From: an uncultured Spirochaetota bacterium
GTDB taxonomy: Bacteria > Spirochaetota > Spirochaetia > SZUA-6 > Fen-1364
Direction of reading: 5' to 3'
DNA length: 10,488 nt
Assembly: GCA_963745235.1 (NCBI GenBank)
Contig: CAVUXE010000051.1
Coordinates: 1 to 10,488, forward strand
Every line of letters starts with the position of its first letter. Position 1 is the first letter of the stretch. The notes under the pieces are model-generated. The model saw only the letters and a program-made list of their open reading frames with translations. It made no database searches and was not told the origin of the DNA. Both the position numbers and the translations under genes were made by a program. This document shows, piece by piece, positions 7,230-10,488 of this stretch.

Positions 7230-9255
7230 TTACCGACTTCCTTGCTTCAACGAGTCTGCAATCTCTTCCTCAATCTTCTCCAAGTCCTTCGCTATGTCCT
7301 CCACAGGTCTCGGTGGTTTGTATTCGTAGAAGTAGCGGTTGAAACTGATCTCGTAGCCGATCCTTCGTCTTGGTCTCATCAACCCACGCATCGGGGACAT
7401 AAGGAAGGACTTCCCGCTTCATATAGGCGTCAATGTTTTCACCGAGAGGCACATTCTCGTAGTCCCGAAGGTCAGCGTCAGGCATCTTGTTTCCCTTGTC
7501 GTCCTTCACAACATCTGCTGTCTCATCTCGTTCAGAGAGGGCGTCGATGATCGCCTTCTGTAGCGGTGCCTTGATTTTCAGTCCATTCTTTTCAAGTGCC
7601 TCGTCCAAGTTGTTCTGGCAAAGTCCCGCTGGTTCTTGCAGATCGCTCCGTTTGCGAGCGACTTCAGCGCTTCGACTATCCGTTCCTGGAATCTGCGACC
7701 TTCCTGCTCTTCACGGGAAATGGCAGCAGTGTCCTTGCGTTTCTTGCTGGCTGCCAGCGCCTGGAACTGGGTCGTTTCCTTGACCCTCTCCAATCGTTCG
7801 TCATCGACAAGGAAGTTGATTTTGAGAGGACGCTCAACGACGATCCTGTTGTAGCCAAACTCCTTGTTCTCGAAAATCTTGACATACTTGCCAGGACGAA
7901 ACTCGCCGTAGATTCTAACGATCTCCTCCCGCTGTTCGTCCGAAATCTGGTTCCGCTTGTTGCCGAGCGACTTCCTCATCTTGGTGAAGAACGAGGTGGC
8001 GTCGATAAGTTGGACTCTTCCCTTCCTTCTGGACTCCTTGCGGTTCGAGACGATCCACAGATAGGTGCTTATGCCCGTGTTGTAGAAGAGTTGGTCGGGC
8101 AAGGCGATGATGGCTTCAAGCCAGTCGTTCTCAATGACCCAGCGGCGAATCTCGCTTTCGCCCGAACCTGCTCCGCCTGTGAAAAGTGGCGAGCCATTGA
8201 ACACAATGCCAAGACGGGTGCCGCCTTCTTCTGTGGGTTTCATCTTGGAGATCATATGTTCGAGGAATAGGAACGAGCCGTCGTTGATGCGGGGAAGACC
8301 GGCACCGAATCGACCTCCGAACCCTTTCTCGTCATACTCTTTCTCGATGAACGCTTGCTCTGGCTTCCATTCGACTCCGAACGGCGGATTGGTGAGCAAA
8401 TAGTCAAAGTTGCGGTTCTGGAAGCCGTCTGCGGTGAATGAGTCATCATGGACGATATGGTCAATCTCTTGTCCCTTTGATGAGCATGTCAGACCCGCAA
8501 ATGGCGTAGGACTGCGGGTTGAAGTCCTGACCAAACACTTCGAGGCGGGCATCGGGGTTCAGTTCATGCAGGTGATCCTCGGAGATAGAAAGCATCCCTC
8601 CGGTGCCTGCCGCCGGGTCAAGCATCGTTCTTACAATCCCTTTTGTTGTGAGCAGGGCTGAATCGGGGTCGAAGAGCATATCTACCATCAGGCGGATTAC
8701 CTCACGGGGCGTGAAATGGTCTCCTGCTTCTTCGTTCGATGCTTCGTTGAACCTTCTGATGAGTTCCTCGAACACATAGCCCATCTCATCGTTAGGAACT
8801 CGATCAGGGTGGAGGTCAATGTCGGCGAACTTCTCGACAATGAGGAAGAGGCGGTTTGCCTTGTCGAGATGGTCTATATGCTCCTCAAAGCCGAACGACT
8901 CAATGATGTTCCTCGCCTTGTCCGAAAAGCCCTTGATGAATGCGATTAGATTGGGTCTGACCCCATCAGGATCGGCTTTCAAGCGAGCGAAAGTGTATTT
9001 GCTGGTGTTGTAGAAAGGAACGCCAGTGATCTTCTTGAGGCGGGCTTCGAGTACCCCTTTGCCCTTGGTTTTCAGGGACGGGTATCCTGCAAGCACCTTG
9101 TCCTTCGTAGATTCCAGAACGCAGTCGAGACGGCGAAGGACGACCAGTGGCAGCATCACATCCTTGTATTGGTTAGGGCGATAGGGACCTCGGAGGAGGT
9201 CGGCGACTGACCAGATGAAGTTCGCTTTTTCGGCAAAGTTCACGGGCGGTGTCAT
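7230..9255 (-). CDS. hsdM: Type I restriction-modification N6-adenine methyltransferase M subunit (3 frameshifts in this sequence)
   Basis: FIWSVADLLRG N-terminus, GDHFTPREV, SAM-binding DPAAGTGGML, catalytic NPPF, and C-terminal GYEISFNRYFY (shifted frame) ending in TAA at 7230-7232 next to the hsdS GTG. The ATG at 9255 overlaps the upstream stop. Confidence 0.95.
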
Positions 9256-9455
9256 CTCTTGCTCCGCTTCGTTGTCTTGACCTGATTGCCTTGGAGCCAC
9301 TTGTCGATGGCGTTCCTATGGAATCGCCAGTTCTTGCCAACTTTCTTGCCTGGGATGCCGCCCGGACGAACGAGTTTGTAGACAGGCGAACGGGCGATGT
9401 TGAGGTAGGCAGACAACTCATCGAGCCTCAGGATTTGACTGGGGACTTGCGGCAT
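9252..9455 (-). CDS. Excisionase-family (HTH_17-like) DNA-binding protein
   Basis: ILRLDELSAYLNIARSPVYKLV..G.IPGKKVGKNWRFHRNAIDKWL matches the Xis-type winged HTH pattern. ATG 9455 is preferred over TTG 9479. ATGA overlap with hsdM. Confidence 0.88.
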   Translation of the reverse strand: MPQVPSQILRLDELSAYLNIARSPVYKLVRPGGIPGKKVGKNWRFHRNAIDKWLQGNQVKTTKRSKR

Positions 9456-9461
9456 TCGGGC

Positions 9462-9489
9462 AGTGTAGCACCCCTCCAAAATCTGTCAA
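9462..9489 (-). promoter_or_regulatory. Putative sigma70-type promoter of the HTH-hsdMSR operon
   Basis: Minus strand: TTGACA (9489-9484), 16-nt spacer, TG-c-TACACT (9467-9462), then 6 nt to the ATG at 9455. Confidence 0.65.
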
Positions 9490-9610
9490 TAACGAGCAGG
9501 TGAGGGGTTGCCTTCTGATATGATTGAAGTCAAGAAACAACTGGAGCAAGATTCTGAGATGGACAATAGACATCGTCTTGCGCCCGCAAATCCCCCTTCT
9601 CATCTTGGTT

Positions 9611-9650
9611 TTGACAATCGCAGCGTGGCGTGAGATACTTTTAGAAGGAG
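9611..9650 (+). promoter_or_regulatory. Putative sigma70-type promoter and SD for the DUF2971-like gene
   Basis: TTGACA (9611-9616), 17-nt spacer, TG-a-GATACT (9634-9639), and AAGGAG at 9645-9650. Confidence 0.6.
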
Positions 9651-9656
9651 AAAAGT

Positions 9657-10394
9657 TTGGCGATGGTGCTAACTCCTTTTGGAGAACTTCATTTCCAGGG
9701 AAGTCCTAACGATGTGTTCAAGTTTGTCAAACCCCGGCACATCAAAACAATCGTCTCGGGAAAACTACATTTCAGCAGCCAGCCAGACCTGACGCTTGCT
9801 CTCAAAAACGGCGGATACAGCCAAGCCCCTGATCTGATTGGCGCTTGCTTTTCTGGCGAGGAAGATGCCTGTCTGAATGCCAAGATGTGGGACACATTTT
9901 CTGATCACGGCAAGGGAATGTGCTTTTGGTTTTCCATTCATTGCGGCAAAACCTGGGGCAGCGCCAGCGGCGACCTTGACCTCGAAATCAAACGGGCGTT
10001 GGAACGAGCCAACATACCAATCACTGACCCGGGTCTCGATATGGAAGGACATTCCATTTTAGTGATCGATGAACCCTATGGTGTCATCTACAGCAATGAT
10101 GCAGTGAAAGAGGCGAGTTCTCTGCCCGCTGAGACGGGATCAACTGACGACTCGCTTCATGTCCTGGTAAAGGAGGAGGAGCATAAGGGAGAGAAAGAGG
10201 TTCGTCTCTTCACGCAAGGGCAAACTCCAATCGACATCGACTTTACGGCGGCAAAAAATGGCTCACTTCGATTGAAAGCCGCTCTTTTTGGACCGGCTTT
10301 TGATTCTACGCAGATCGCCAGTATCAAGTCGGACTTGCAAGCCAAGTTCGGTCGAAAAATCCTTTTCTATAAGGTTGGGCTTATTCCCGTTTGA
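9657..10394 (+). CDS. DUF2971-like protein (divergent)
   Basis: Ordered motifs resemble DUF2971: VFKF...LHFS, ACFS...NAKMWDTFSDHGKGMCFWF, VIY, K...GEKEVRL and ALFGP. It has its own promoter and SD. Confidence 0.7.
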   Translation: MAMVLTPFGELHFQGSPNDVFKFVKPRHIKTIVSGKLHFSSQPDLTLALKNGGYSQAPDLIGACFSGEEDACLNAKMWDTFSDHGKGMCFWFSIHCGKTWGSASGDLDLEIKRALERANIPITDPGLDMEGHSILVIDEPYGVIYSNDAVKEASSLPAETGSTDDSLHVLVKEEEHKGEKEVRLFTQGQTPIDIDFTAAKNGSLRLKAALFGPAFDSTQIASIKSDLQAKFGRKILFYKVGLIPV

Positions 10395-10488
10395 TAGCCC
10401 CTTTGGCCGGACTGATGATCAGTGAGCGTGTCGCCGTTCGGGAAAATCTGATTCGGCCAATTACTAAAGGTATTTCTCTCGACTATTC

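Noticed and set aside
3615-8270. Long plus-strand ORFs 3615..4352, 4838..5482 and 7596..8270
   Set aside because: Antisense shadows of hsdR and hsdM, explained by codon bias on the coding strand.
2935-9255. Programmed ribosomal frameshifting, or one shared motif explaining the indels
   Set aside because: Too many sites, no slippery heptamers, and no common sequence context seen.
9256-9300. hsdM extension to GTG 9300
   Set aside because: Overlaps the HTH gene. ATG 9255 has a GGAG SD, an ATGA overlap and a typical HsdM N-terminus.

Overview
The window looks like an accessory/defence island. The right two-thirds hold a translationally coupled minus-strand operon: a small excisionase-type HTH gene, then a type I restriction-modification system (hsdM, hsdS, hsdR). 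hsdM and hsdR are broken by about nine single-base frameshifts, most likely sequencing errors. A divergent DUF2971-like gene follows on the plus strand. The left 2.9 kb holds uncharacterised small genes: a probable ribbon-helix-helix regulator, four small Cys-rich proteins (two are clear paralogues, each followed by a hairpin and a shared motif), a serine-recombinase DNA-binding-domain protein with no catalytic domain, and a divergent zinc-ribbon protein. Two genes appear to be leaderless. No rRNA, tRNA or CRISPR array was seen. All family calls come from recognising motifs by eye, not from database searches.
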